Below, piece after piece: positions 1 to 9,564 of a stretch of 41,117 nucleotides of DNA. The notes beneath the pieces were generated by a model that had not been told where the DNA came from, ran no database searches, and saw only the letters and a list, made by a program, of their open reading frames with translations. Source of the stretch: Rhodoluna sp. GTDB taxonomy: Bacteria; Actinomycetota; Actinomycetes; Actinomycetales; Microbacteriaceae. Positions within the stretch are counted from its first letter, which is position 1. Each line of letters starts with the position of its first letter. Where the stretch lies: NCBI GenBank assembly GCA_044378505.1, contig JBILXL010000001.1:1-41117 (forward strand), read 5' to 3'. The position numbers and the translations under genes were made by a program.

Positions 1-2641
1 TATCGCCACGAACCTTGGTTAGCTCCTGGAACTGATCGGTGCGCTCTTGATCCAAGAGGGTGTATTCGCTCTTGGCCTTGTTGGAGCTTTGCGAAACGTT
101 CTCGATCAGTACCGGCAGCAGCTTCAATACTTCTTTAGCAGAGCGCAGCTGCGAGGTTCTTGACTTAGCCGAGGCGATCGCCAGTTCAACAGCTGCTCTA
201 GATGAATCCAACTGGTTAGTTAGGTTCTCGGATCTCTCGGTTTCAACCCGGAGGCGCTCAGTGGCTGCGCCAAGCTCAACACGGATTTCTAGCTCCTTGG
301 AGCGCTCCATCTCGAGTGCATCAACCAAACGATCACGATCAGATAGCTCTTGCTCAGGGCGACCTAGGTTTTCAAAATCACGCAGTCTCGACTTAGCATC
401 TTCTAATTCCTGAAGTGCCAGGGAGATGGCTTGCTCGTTTGCATCGGCCACGGTAGTTAGACGGTCAAGCTCGCTCTGAAGGGCTTCAACCTGAACGCGA
501 ATACGTCCCAGTTGCTCGGCCTGGGATGCAAGCTTGGCATCTTGCTCATTGAGTTCAGCAAGTGCTTGCTTGGCAGAGTTCTTAGAGGCAAGTTCGTTGG
601 ATTTTGCCTGAGCAAGCTCAGAAGAAATAGTTTCAATGCGTGCGCTGAGTCTGGACAAAGCTGCTTCGGCAGCATCACGCTCGGCAACTAATTCGACCTT
701 GGAAGGTTTGCTCGATGAACCTCCTCGAAGTACTGCACGAGTAAGAACGTCACCCTGTTTGGTAATGACTTGGCGATCTTCGCCAGAGGTGCGGAAGTAA
801 TTTCTTGCCGCATCTAGATCGTCAACAATTACAACAGTTGAAAGAAGTTTTAGGATTCCATCCGGAGCACTGACAACTTCGGATGCAAGCTTGGCTCCGG
901 AGATTTGGTTGCCTAGTGAAATCTCAGAGCGAATGTCAACATCAGCGATGATGATCTCAACGCGACCGCCGTCAGTTCGCTTTAAGTGCTCCAGTGCCGA
1001 AAGACCAGATTCCATATCCTCTGCCACGAGTGCATCGGCAAGTGAGCCAAGTGCTGCGGCAATAGCCTGCTCGAAACCAGACTCGATGCGCATGTGGTTT
1101 GCAACCAGTCCGCGAATTCCTCGAAGCTGAGCTTGAGTTAGAGAAGACGCTCCGTCTTTTTGTTCCAGGGTCAGATTTAGCGCAGAACGCTTTCCAGCAA
1201 GTGCATCTTTTTCACGCTCTGCTTCGTGAAGCTGATCGCGAAGCGATTCAATTCTTGAAGCTGCATCTGAGACAGCCTTCTGAGCGGCTTCGTAGTTTGA
1301 CTCTAAGTTGCTTGCGCTTGGTTGGTTTTGTGACAGAAGAGACTCGAGGTCTCGGTACTGACGAGACTGCTCTTCGTGGCGCAATCTGGCCGCGGAGAGA
1401 ATTTCTTGGTGACGAGTTTTTTCGTTGCGGAATGCTTCAAGCTTGCTTTCGGCAACTTTCACGTTGTTGGCAAATTCTGCTAGCTCAAGATCAAACTTTG
1501 AGATAAGTGAGTTTTGTTCTTGAGCCTTTGCGTCAAATTGATCTAGGGCATCTCTTGCAACGTTTCGACTCTGCTCAGCAAGTCCTAGATCTTGGTTGAG
1601 GCGCACGACCTCCTGCTGCAGTCGAACCATTTCAGTTGCGGCTTTTTCGATATCCACAGTTATAGATGAGATATCGAACTTGCTTTGCTCCTGATCATTG
1701 GATTCAAGCAGTGCAACACGGGCGCTGGCTATGTTGGAAATCGAACGAATTCGCTCCTGCAGAGAATCAAAGTCGAAAGAGACCTGGCGAGCGCGATCGA
1801 GCTTTTGGTTCAGCTCAGGTGATTCGAGCTGGGTCAAGCGTTTGGTGTTCTCGGAGAGCATCTCCTGAAGGATGTTTCGCTCGCTGCGACGGGCAGATTC
1901 ACTTGTTGATGTAGTTTCCAGTGAGCGCTGAATCACAACAATGTCGTTGGCCAAAATTCTGGACTTTGCGTCACGGGCTTGAGATGCGATGTTCTGAGCT
2001 TCCCTGGCAATTTCGGCCTGAGCGCCGAGTGGTTTTAGCTGTCGACGAACTTCACCGGCTAGATCGCTAAGCCTGGAAAGGTTAGCCTGCATCGCCTCGA
2101 TCTTGCGCTCAGTTTTCTCCTTGCGACGGCGGTGCTTCAAGATACCTGCGGCTTCTTCAATGAAGCCGCGTCTTTCTTCAGGGGTAGCTCGCAAAACGTT
2201 ATCTAGCTGACCTTGACCCACGATGACGTGCATCTCACGGCCAAGTCCTGAATCACTTAGCAGTTCTTGAACATCAAGTAGTCGACAGGGGTCGCCATTG
2301 ATTGCGTATTCTGACCCACCGCTTCTAAAAAGTGTTCTCGAGATGGTGACTTCTGTGTAATCAATAGGTAAAGCGCCATCAGCGTTATCGATAGTGAGTA
2401 ATACTTCGGCGCGACCTAGAGGACCCTTGGTTGCGGTACCGGCGAAGATAACGTCTTCCATTTTTCCACCGCGGAGAGTCTTGGCTCCCTGCTCACCCAT
2501 TACCCAGGCGAGTGCATCAACTACGTTGGATTTTCCTGAACCGTTTGGTCCCACCACACAAGTCACGCCTCGTTCGAATTGGAACGTGGTTGGCTGGGCG
2601 AAAGACTTAAATCCCTTTAGGGTGAGGCTCTTGAGATGCAA
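1..2641 (-). CDS. smc: Chromosome segregation protein SMC (3' part runs off the window start)
   Basis: Absent from the ORF track because it has no stop in the window. TTG at 2641 reads MHLKSLTLKGFKSFAQPTTF, followed by Walker A GPNGSGKSN and a long coiled coil. SD GGAGG lies near 2654-2658. The frame at the window edge is still consistent (FQELTKVRGD). Confidence 0.97.
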   Translation of the reverse strand, partial: MHLKSLTLKGFKSFAQPTTFQFERGVTCVVGPNGSGKSNVVDALAWVMGEQGAKTLRGGKMEDVIFAGTATKGPLGRAEVLLTIDNADGALPIDYTEVTISRTLFRSGGSEYAINGDPCRLLDVQELLSDSGLGREMHVIVGQGQLDNVLRATPEERRGFIEEAAGILKHRRRKEKTERKIEAMQANLSRLSDLAGEVRRQLKPLGAQAEIAREAQNIASQARDAKSRILANDIVVIQRSLETTSTSESARRSERNILQEMLSENTKRLTQLESPELNQKLDRARQVSFDFDSLQERIRSISNIASARVALLESNDQEQSKFDISSITVDIEKAATEMVRLQQEVVRLNQDLGLAEQSRNVARDALDQFDAKAQEQNSLISKFDLELAEFANNVKVAESKLEAFRNEKTRHQEILSAARLRHEEQSRQYRDLESLLSQNQPSASNLESNYEAAQKAVSDAASRIESLRDQLHEAEREKDALAGKRSALNLTLEQKDGASSLTQAQLRGIRGLVANHMRIESGFEQAIAAALGSLADALVAEDMESGLSALEHLKRTDGGRVEIIIADVDIRSEISLGNQISGAKLASEVVSAPDGILKLLSTVVIVDDLDAARNYFRTSGEDRQVITKQGDVLTRAVLRGGSSSKPSKVELVAERDAAEAALSRLSARIETISSELAQAKSNELASKNSAKQALAELNEQDAKLASQAEQLGRIRVQVEALQSELDRLTTVADANEQAISLALQELEDAKSRLRDFENLGRPEQELSDRDRLVDALEMERSKELEIRVELGAATERLRVETERSENLTNQLDSSRAAVELAIASAKSRTSQLRSAKEVLKLLPVLIENVSQSSNKAKSEYTLLDQERTDQFQELTKVRGD

Positions 2642-2702
2642 GCTGGGTCAACCCCTCCAAGAATTATCAAAACTGGCCTACTGGCCGAGCAGTATCTAAA
2701 AT

Positions 2703-2720
2703 TACCCCATTTTTGGGGTA
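2703..2720 (-). terminator. Short hairpin downstream of mutM (weak terminator candidate)
   Basis: TACCCCA-tttt-TGGGGTA, a 7-bp stem 10 nt past the mutM stop, followed by ATTTT on the minus strand. Confidence 0.35.
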
Positions 2721-2730
2721 CCTAAGACCG

Positions 2731-3645
2731 CTAGCTTGGGCGCTGGCACTTGGGGCAAAAGTGCGATCCCCGGTTAGCCCAGGCCTGGCGTCTGATAGGC
2801 GTCTGGCACCTTTTGCAGGGTTTATCGGTCTGTCCGTAGGCGTAAAGCTGCTGGGAAAAGTAGCCTGCTTCCCCGTTGACGTTCTTGTATTGCTGGTCAA
2901 AGGAAGTCCCACCCTGCTTTACGGCCGCTTCCAGCACCTGCTTAGATATCTCAATAAGTTCGGTCAATTTGGCCTTAGATATTCCATCGGCCGAGCGGTC
3001 AAAGTGAAGCTTGGCCAACCAGAGTGATTCGTCAGCATAAATATTGCCAATTCCACTAACTAGGTTCTGATCGAGAATAACTCGCTTGATACCGCTTTTC
3101 TTGCTTCGCATCTTGGCAACTACCGCCTCTAGATCAAATGTTTCATCCAGCGGGTCACGGGCGATGTGGGCTGCAGAAACCGGAATTAGATCTTGCCAGG
3201 GCTTAGAGATGTTCTTGCCAGCGCTAAAGCCGCCAGCACCACCATCCCTAGTTGCAACTAAGTCGTCGATGGCCAAGGAGCCAAAAATTCGCTGATCAAC
3301 GAATCTAAGCTCCAGTGGTTTGCCGCTCTTTGATTCAAATTCAATTGTGATTCGATTCAGGTCATCGGCCGGGTAATCGGCAGTTCTAATGAGCATTTGC
3401 CCACTCATTCCAAGATGCCCGACTAAAGCACTCTGCCCGGTGCTTAGGGGTAACCAGAGAAATTTTCCGCGCCGAACTACATCTAGCACCTTGGTGCCAA
3501 CAAGTTTGTTCTTAAAATCGGCCGGTCCGCTGAGGTGTCGCTTTAGCGATCTAGCATCGTGAATTTTGATGCCGGTGATTGTGGCACCGGTCATAGATTT
3601 TGCAAGACCAGCTCTGACGGTCTCGACCTCTGGTAGCTCAGGCAT
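2731..3645 (-). CDS. mutM: Formamidopyrimidine-DNA glycosylase
   Basis: N-terminal MPELPEVE, HLGMSG, GIGNIYADE (H2TH) and a C-terminal CxxC...CxxC zinc finger. Confidence 0.98.
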   Translation of the reverse strand: MPELPEVETVRAGLAKSMTGATITGIKIHDARSLKRHLSGPADFKNKLVGTKVLDVVRRGKFLWLPLSTGQSALVGHLGMSGQMLIRTADYPADDLNRITIEFESKSGKPLELRFVDQRIFGSLAIDDLVATRDGGAGGFSAGKNISKPWQDLIPVSAAHIARDPLDETFDLEAVVAKMRSKKSGIKRVILDQNLVSGIGNIYADESLWLAKLHFDRSADGISKAKLTELIEISKQVLEAAVKQGGTSFDQQYKNVNGEAGYFSQQLYAYGQTDKPCKRCQTPIRRQAWANRGSHFCPKCQRPS

Positions 3646-4317
3646 TTACTTCAAAGAAGATAGCGCCTTGATGGCGGCATTGGTTTCAGCAAGTTTTCTG
3701 GACCGACCGTTCGCTTCAGCAAGGATTTTGCCATCGACCGACAAGCGAGCGAAGAAAGTACGATCGTGATCTGGTCCTTCATGAGTTATCTCATAAACCG
3801 GTTGAGATTTGCCCTTGGTTTGAAGCAATTCCAAAAGAGTGGTCTTGGGATCTGCCGAATCGAGAACCTGACCGGGATTTGAAAGCATAGGAAAGATAAA
3901 GCGCTCAACAATCTGGGAGGCTGCTGGCATGCCCTTTGATACATAAGCTGCCCCCAGCACTGCTTCAAAGCAATCGGCTAGAAGGTTTTGCTTTTCGCGA
4001 CCGCCAGTTTGGATTTCACCTTTGCCCAACAGAAGATGCGAACCCAAGTCCAAGGCAACAGCAGCCTCGGCTAGTGCTGGCGCACTAACAACGGCGTTTT
4101 TGAGTTTTGTAAGTTCGCCCTCGTCAAGGTCAACAAAGTGATCGTGAATGTGGGCGGTGACTAAGAAACCGAGTATTGCATCGCCGAGAAACTCAAGGCG
4201 TTCATTGTTTGGTCCACGTCCGTTTTCGTAAGCGAAGGAACGGTGGGTAAGCGCAAGCTCTAGTAGTTGAGGTTCGATTTCAACGCCAAGGGCTTTACCC
4301 AGCGCAGCTAAGTTCAT
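3646..4317 (-). CDS. rnc: Ribonuclease III
   Basis: NERLEFLGDA signature and a C-terminal dsRBD. Confidence 0.98.
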   Translation of the reverse strand: MNLAALGKALGVEIEPQLLELALTHRSFAYENGRGPNNERLEFLGDAILGFLVTAHIHDHFVDLDEGELTKLKNAVVSAPALAEAAVALDLGSHLLLGKGEIQTGGREKQNLLADCFEAVLGAAYVSKGMPAASQIVERFIFPMLSNPGQVLDSADPKTTLLELLQTKGKSQPVYEITHEGPDHDRTFFARLSVDGKILAEANGRSRKLAETNAAIKALSSLK

Positions 4318-4320
4318 GAC

Positions 4321-4524
4321 TTAGGCGTCAGCGACCTTGCGGCCCTTGTACTCCATGAATAATGCGTTGCCTGCGGAGTCTTCGACCAGCTTGGCACGGT
4401 GAGGAAGTGAGTAAACAGTCTTGCCGTTTTCAATGCTCTTAACCAAAGTAATCGGAGCGGCCTTCCACTGTGAGCGACGTGCGCGAGTGTTGGAACGCGA
4501 CATGCGTCTTTTAGGTACTGGCAT
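4321..4524 (-). CDS. rpmF: 50S ribosomal protein L32 (cysteine-free form)
   Basis: [23 protein letters not shown]-terminus in the yceD-rpmF-rnc synteny. Confidence 0.96.
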   Translation of the reverse strand: MPVPKRRMSRSNTRARRSQWKAAPITLVKSIENGKTVYSLPHRAKLVEDSAGNALFMEYKGRKVADA

Positions 4525-4527
4525 TTC

Positions 4528-5031
4528 TTACTCTTTCCTAAAGCTTTCTAACTCACTCCAGCGAGAATCATTCTGCGCCTGGTGAACGTGTTCCGGGTCT
4601 TCTGCCATCTTCACACCACATTCAGAGCACAGACCTAAACAGTCTTCGCTGCAAACTGGTTTGAACGGAAGGCTTAAAACTACCGCATCGGTGATGGCCT
4701 GCTCAAGGTCGATTTTCTCGTCCTGAACCAGGAAATCATCTTCCTGCTCTAAAGAATAGGCGAAAAGCTCCTGAAAATCCACCTCGACCGCTAGTTTCAA
4801 GGGCTCTAGGCACCTTGAGCAGTCGGCTATTGCAGTTGAATCAACTTCACCGGTTGCCAAAATCCCATCGTGGACTGACTCGAGGCGAAGATTCAGCTCG
4901 ATAATCTCTCCAGCCGAAACCGTTGCAGCTCCTTGACCCATTGGAGTAGCTAGCTCAATATCCAGCTCTAGCTCCTTCATTTGTCCAGGACGACGGGTTA
5001 GATCATTTACTGGAACTTCGAAGGCGCTCAC
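4528..5031 (-). CDS. yceD: YceD/DUF177 family protein
   Basis: CSRCL and PVCSEDCLGLCSECG motifs, a DSRW tail, and position upstream of rpmF. Confidence 0.93.
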   Translation of the reverse strand: MSAFEVPVNDLTRRPGQMKELELDIELATPMGQGAATVSAGEIIELNLRLESVHDGILATGEVDSTAIADCSRCLEPLKLAVEVDFQELFAYSLEQEDDFLVQDEKIDLEQAITDAVVLSLPFKPVCSEDCLGLCSECGVKMAEDPEHVHQAQNDSRWSELESFRKE

Positions 5032-5516
5032 TTAGAACCCCTCAGCGCTTTGGCAACCGCCTTAGAAACATACTTTTCAACTGGGCCACCAAGCTCGGCT
5101 ACTTGGCGAACTAGAGAAGAGGCAACTAGGCCGTAGACAGGATCAGCTGCGATGAAAACAGTTTCGATACCGCTCAAGTCCCGATTGACCTTTGCCATTG
5201 GAAGCTCGTAGTCAAGATCAACGTTGTTTCTAAAGCCCTTGAGCAAAACCCTGGCATCGACTTGTCTCAGGTAATCAACCAACAGTCCTGAGGAAAGCTC
5301 GGTGACTTTAATGTTTGAGCCTTTGATGCCAGCTTCGGAAAGTGAGTCCTTGATTAGCTGCACACGCTCGGCACTTGTGAAGCGTGGAGCCTTATCCGGA
5401 TTGTGAACTACCAGTACTTCAAGCTCATCAAACAGCAAAGCAGCCCGCTCGATGATATCGACGTGGCCAAGGGTAATCGGGTCAAAAGAACCCGGGTAGA
5501 CGGCGAGTTTTGCCAT
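5028..5516 (-). CDS. coaD: Phosphopantetheine adenylyltransferase
   Basis: YPGSFDPITLGHVDII and SSLVRQVA motifs. Confidence 0.97.
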   Translation of the reverse strand: MAKLAVYPGSFDPITLGHVDIIERAALLFDELEVLVVHNPDKAPRFTSAERVQLIKDSLSEAGIKGSNIKVTELSSGLLVDYLRQVDARVLLKGFRNNVDLDYELPMAKVNRDLSGIETVFIAADPVYGLVASSLVRQVAELGGPVEKYVSKAVAKALRGSK

Positions 5517-5544
5517 GTCTACAAGGTTAGCAAGAAATGAAGGC

Positions 5545-7644
5545 TTAGCCCTTGGCTAGATTTTCTGCAGCATTGGCTTGATCTATAGCAAGCCTCAGTG
5601 TTGGGTGATTGGCTAGCAGAGGGTCTGCCTCAAACAGTTCCTCTAGCTCTGTACGTACTTTTTGGATTAGCTCAGAATCCTGAATCACGCGCAGCAGTCT
5701 CAAGCTAGATCTGCCACCGGATTGGCTGGCCCCCAAAACATCACCTTCTCGCCTTAGTTCTAGGTCAATTTCGCTGAGCTTGAAGCCATCACTTTCTGCC
5801 GCAACGGCTTCTATGCGCTGCAAAGCTATTGAGTCATCCTCGGCCGCGGTCAATAACAAACACAGGCCCTTTGCGCTTCCTCTTCCAACTCTTCCACGCA
5901 GTTGATGCAGCTGAGAGATTCCAAAATTGTCAGCATCGAGAATCACCATCGTTGTCGCGTTTGGGACATCGACGCCAACTTCAATCACGGTCGTAGAAAC
6001 TAACAGGTCAATCTCCTTGGCGCTAAATGCCTGCATGATTTGACTCTTCTGGTCAGCGTCCATTCGACCGTGAAGCTCCTGAATACGAACTCCGGTCAAG
6101 GCAGCATTCTTGCGAAGCTGGGCAACCGTTTTTTCAACCGATGCACCGGAAAGCTCCTTTTCGGTTTCGTCGATCTTGGGACAAACCACAAAAGCTTGGT
6201 GACCCTTGGCGATTTCCTCAGCCACCCGAGACCAAACCCGAGATACCAAGGCAGGATCTCCTGCGCGAACCACGTGAGAGTCAATTTCTTTTCGCCCAGC
6301 CGGCAGCTCTGTGAGTGATGAAACGGACATATCCCCAAAGACTGTGACAGCCAGCGTCCTTGGGATTGGGGTAGCGGTCATAGTCAAAACATGCGGTGAC
6401 AGTTTTCCTTTTAGGCGAAGCTTTTCTCTTTGCTCAACTCCGAAGCGGTGTTGCTCATCAATAACCACGAGCCCTAAATCATAGAACTCGACTTTCTCTG
6501 AAAACAAAGCGTGAGTTCCAATAACTATTCGGGCCTTGCCAGAAACGACCTGTAGCATCGCCTTCTTGCGCGCATCAGTAGCGAGCTGACCGGTTAGCAA
6601 AGTTAGACCCACTTCTTTCGAAAGCTCCTCACCGAGGCTTTTTTCAATCGAGCGAAAGTGTTGCGAAGCCAAAACTTCGGTTGGAGCTAAAAGCGCAGAC
6701 TGACCATCACTGTCGGCTACGGCCAACATTGCACGTAAGGCAACAAGAGTTTTTCCAGAACCCACTTCACCTTGCAGCAAACGGTTCATCGGATATGTTT
6801 TAGCAATGTCGGAAGTGATCTCACTTCCCACTTCTATCTGCCCATCGGTGAGAGTAAACGGCAGGGCCGAATCAAAGCGTTCTAAGTACCCGCCTGATTT
6901 GCTAGTGCGCGCTGTTGCCGGGGCCTGCTCGTTATCTAAACGGCGTTGAATCAGGTTTGCCTGAAGCAAGAAAGCTTCTCGGTACACCAGCGTTTTCTTA
7001 GCGGAGGCAATCTCACTTTTTGTAGTGGGGCGATGAATTTTCTCCAGTGCACCGTTTATCGAAAGTAGCTTGTGCTTCTTTTGAAGTTCCGCAGATACCT
7101 CATCTGGAATTTCTTCCAGAGTGTCAAGGATGATTCCAAGTGCTCGTTGAATCATCCAGGTGGTCACGTTAGCCGATGCTGGGTAAATGGGGATTGGTTG
7201 ATCAGCCCAAGCTTTAGCGTCGAATTCGGAAACCTCCTCAGGGAACAGTTCGTAATCGGGATGGGCCAGCTGCAACTTGCCTTGGTACTCGCCTATTTTT
7301 CCGGCAAACAGACCTCGGACCCCAGGCTTAAGATCTTTTTGCCTCCAGGCTTGATTGAAGAAAGTAAGCGATAGGAATCCACTTCCGTCTGTGATTCGAA
7401 CTTCCAAAATGTGGCTCACTCGCCCCTTGGTGCGACGCTCTCTGGCATCTACTACTTCGGCAACGATAGACAGGCTCTCCCCGATTGGCAGATTTGCAAT
7501 TGGAGTTAGTTCCCCGCGGTTTGAATAGCGTCTCGGATAGTGCTGAAGAAGATCTGCCACGGTTGTTAACCCAAGATTCTTGGCAAAGCTCTTGGCGGTT
7601 TTATCCCCAAGGACTCGGTCAAGAGCGGTTGTTGGAAGCAGCAT
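5545..7644 (-). CDS. recG: ATP-dependent DNA helicase RecG
   Basis: QGEVGSGKT, DEQHRFG, TATPIPRT and QLHQLRGRVGR motifs, with an N-terminal OB/wedge region. Confidence 0.98.
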   Translation of the reverse strand: MLLPTTALDRVLGDKTAKSFAKNLGLTTVADLLQHYPRRYSNRGELTPIANLPIGESLSIVAEVVDARERRTKGRVSHILEVRITDGSGFLSLTFFNQAWRQKDLKPGVRGLFAGKIGEYQGKLQLAHPDYELFPEEVSEFDAKAWADQPIPIYPASANVTTWMIQRALGIILDTLEEIPDEVSAELQKKHKLLSINGALEKIHRPTTKSEIASAKKTLVYREAFLLQANLIQRRLDNEQAPATARTSKSGGYLERFDSALPFTLTDGQIEVGSEITSDIAKTYPMNRLLQGEVGSGKTLVALRAMLAVADSDGQSALLAPTEVLASQHFRSIEKSLGEELSKEVGLTLLTGQLATDARKKAMLQVVSGKARIVIGTHALFSEKVEFYDLGLVVIDEQHRFGVEQREKLRLKGKLSPHVLTMTATPIPRTLAVTVFGDMSVSSLTELPAGRKEIDSHVVRAGDPALVSRVWSRVAEEIAKGHQAFVVCPKIDETEKELSGASVEKTVAQLRKNAALTGVRIQELHGRMDADQKSQIMQAFSAKEIDLLVSTTVIEVGVDVPNATTMVILDADNFGISQLHQLRGRVGRGSAKGLCLLLTAAEDDSIALQRIEAVAAESDGFKLSEIDLELRREGDVLGASQSGGRSSLRLLRVIQDSELIQKVRTELEELFEADPLLANHPTLRLAIDQANAAENLAKG

Positions 7645-7695
7645 TATTCAATCTTCCATTAGTGCACCGACAAATACGGTTAGGCTTTGCCAGAC

Positions 7696-8262
7696 ATGAC
7701 AAGAATTATTGGTGGCCTAGTTGGCTCAAGAAAACTAACATCTCCGGCCAAAAGTACCCGTCCAACTTCGGACCGCATTCGTGAGAGCATCTTTAGCTCT
7801 CTGGAATCAAAGGGTGCTCTCCAAAAGAGTGCAGTTTTAGATCTTTATGCCGGTACCGGAGCTTTAGGGCTTGAGGCACTAAGTAGAGGCGCAATAGCAA
7901 CGGTGCTTGTGGAAAGCAACAAACAGGCGGCTGCCGTTTGCATTAAAAACGCCAGGTTGATCCAAGACGCTCTAGCCGAAGAAGACCATGAGGTTTCTGC
8001 AAAAGTGCAAATCCAACCGGTTCAAAAGTTTCTAGACTCAAACACTCAGATTTTTGACCTGGTATTTATCGATCCACCCTACGAAGTTGCAAACAATGAA
8101 GTAGTAAAAAACCTCGAGTCACTTACTGGATCGCTTTCCAAAAATTCGCTAGTTCTGGTTGAAAGATCTACCCGTGCGGAGCCAATTTCTGCGAGCGGAT
8201 ACGAACTTTTAGAGACCAAGAATTTTGGTGACACTGCGGTCTTCTGGCTTAAGCCAAACTAG
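7696..8262 (+). CDS. rsmD: 16S rRNA m2G966 methyltransferase
   Basis: MTRIIGG, TRPTSDRIRES, LDLYAGTGALGLEALSRGA and DPPY. ATG 7696 is preferred over TTG 7687. Confidence 0.95.
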   Translation: MTRIIGGLVGSRKLTSPAKSTRPTSDRIRESIFSSLESKGALQKSAVLDLYAGTGALGLEALSRGAIATVLVESNKQAAAVCIKNARLIQDALAEEDHEVSAKVQIQPVQKFLDSNTQIFDLVFIDPPYEVANNEVVKNLESLTGSLSKNSLVLVERSTRAEPISASGYELLETKNFGDTAVFWLKPN

Positions 8263-9533
8263 ACCTTTCTTTCGCCCTCGCCTAGATAGACCTGCTGAGG
8301 TCTACCAATTCGGTTGTTTGGGTCTTGCATCATCTCGCGCCAGTGGGAAATCCAACCGGGTAGTCTTCCCATTGCAAACAACGGGGTAAACATACGAGGC
8401 GGGAATCCCATGGCCTTGTAGATGACACCGGTGTAGAAATCAACGTTTGGATATAGCTTGCGCTCGGCAAAGTAAGGATCAGCTAGCGCGGTTGCCTCAA
8501 GTTCCTTTGCAATATCTAGCAGTGGGTCAGAAATTCCCAGGTCAGCTAGAACTCGGTCCGCAGTTGCCTTAACGATTGTGGCGCGAGGATCAAAGTTCTT
8601 GTAAATTCTGTGGCCAAAGCCCATCAGGCGGATGCCATCTTCCTTGTTCTTGACTCGCTCAACAAATCTTTGAACCGATTCACCGGATTTGCGAATTGAG
8701 TTGAGCATATCCAGCACAGCCTCGTTTGCCCCACCGTGAAGTGGGCCAAACAGTGCGTTGATTCCAGCAGAAACCGATGCGAATAGGTTTGCCTGCGCGG
8801 AGCCAACAAGGCGAACAGCTGAGGTTGAGCAGTTCTGCTCGTGGTCAGCGTGCAAAATCAAAAGCGTGTCTAACGCTTTGCTCACAATTGGATTCTGAAT
8901 GTAGTCCTCTGCCTGTGTACCAAAGTTCAGTCGAAGGAAATTCTCAACCATAGACAACGAATTATCCGGATACAACAAAGCCTGACCCAAGCTCTTTTTA
9001 TGAGCGTAGGCAGCAAGCACGGGAAGTTTGGCAAGCAGTCTTTTGGTTGAGAGTTCAACTTGCTCTGGATCGTGCGGATCAAGTGAGTCCTGATAAAAAG
9101 TTGAAAGAGCTGAAACTCCAGATGCTAGAACCGACATCGGATGAGCGTTCTGAGGGAAGGCATCGAAGAATCTCTTCAGGTCTTCGTGAATTAGAGTGTG
9201 TCGACGAATGCTCTGGTCGAATGCTTCGAGCTGCACCTTGTCGGGTAGCTCTCCATAAATTAGGAGGTAGCTAACATCAAGGAAAGATTTTTTCGCAGCT
9301 AGCTGCTCAATTGGGTATCCGCGATAACGCAGGATTCCAGCGTCGCCATCGATAAATGTGATTCCGGACTTAGTGGAGGCTGTGTTTACAAATCCCTGGT
9401 CAAAAGTGTGCAGACCTAAGGTCGAATGCAGCTTGCTAATGTCCATTGCGTCAGAGCCAACGCTTGATGAAACCACTGGAAATTCTGCGGTTTTGTCTTT
9501 GTAGCTGATAACTACTTTTTCGTTCTCAGTCAA
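8259..9533 (-). CDS. gltA: Citrate synthase (type II)
   Basis: GILRYRGY, HADHEQN, GPLHGGAN, GFGHRIYKNFDPRA and YPNVDFY. Confidence 0.98.
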   Translation of the reverse strand: MTENEKVVISYKDKTAEFPVVSSSVGSDAMDISKLHSTLGLHTFDQGFVNTASTKSGITFIDGDAGILRYRGYPIEQLAAKKSFLDVSYLLIYGELPDKVQLEAFDQSIRRHTLIHEDLKRFFDAFPQNAHPMSVLASGVSALSTFYQDSLDPHDPEQVELSTKRLLAKLPVLAAYAHKKSLGQALLYPDNSLSMVENFLRLNFGTQAEDYIQNPIVSKALDTLLILHADHEQNCSTSAVRLVGSAQANLFASVSAGINALFGPLHGGANEAVLDMLNSIRKSGESVQRFVERVKNKEDGIRLMGFGHRIYKNFDPRATIVKATADRVLADLGISDPLLDIAKELEATALADPYFAERKLYPNVDFYTGVIYKAMGFPPRMFTPLFAMGRLPGWISHWREMMQDPNNRIGRPQQVYLGEGERKV

Positions 9534-9564
9534 AGCACTCCTTGTTTTCCTACAATTTCCTTGT

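Noticed and set aside
1-2800. Apparent abundance of CTAG
   Set aside because: A manual count gave about 11 in the first 2.8 kb, close to random expectation. It is not depleted, but it is not enriched either.
60-3027. Many short ORFs in the track (for example 60-413, 1099-1506, 2394-2699, 2713-3027)
   Set aside because: They are shadow or alternative-frame ORFs over smc and mutM with no recognisable motifs. The same applies to most ORFs under 135 aa that overlap the called genes elsewhere in the window.
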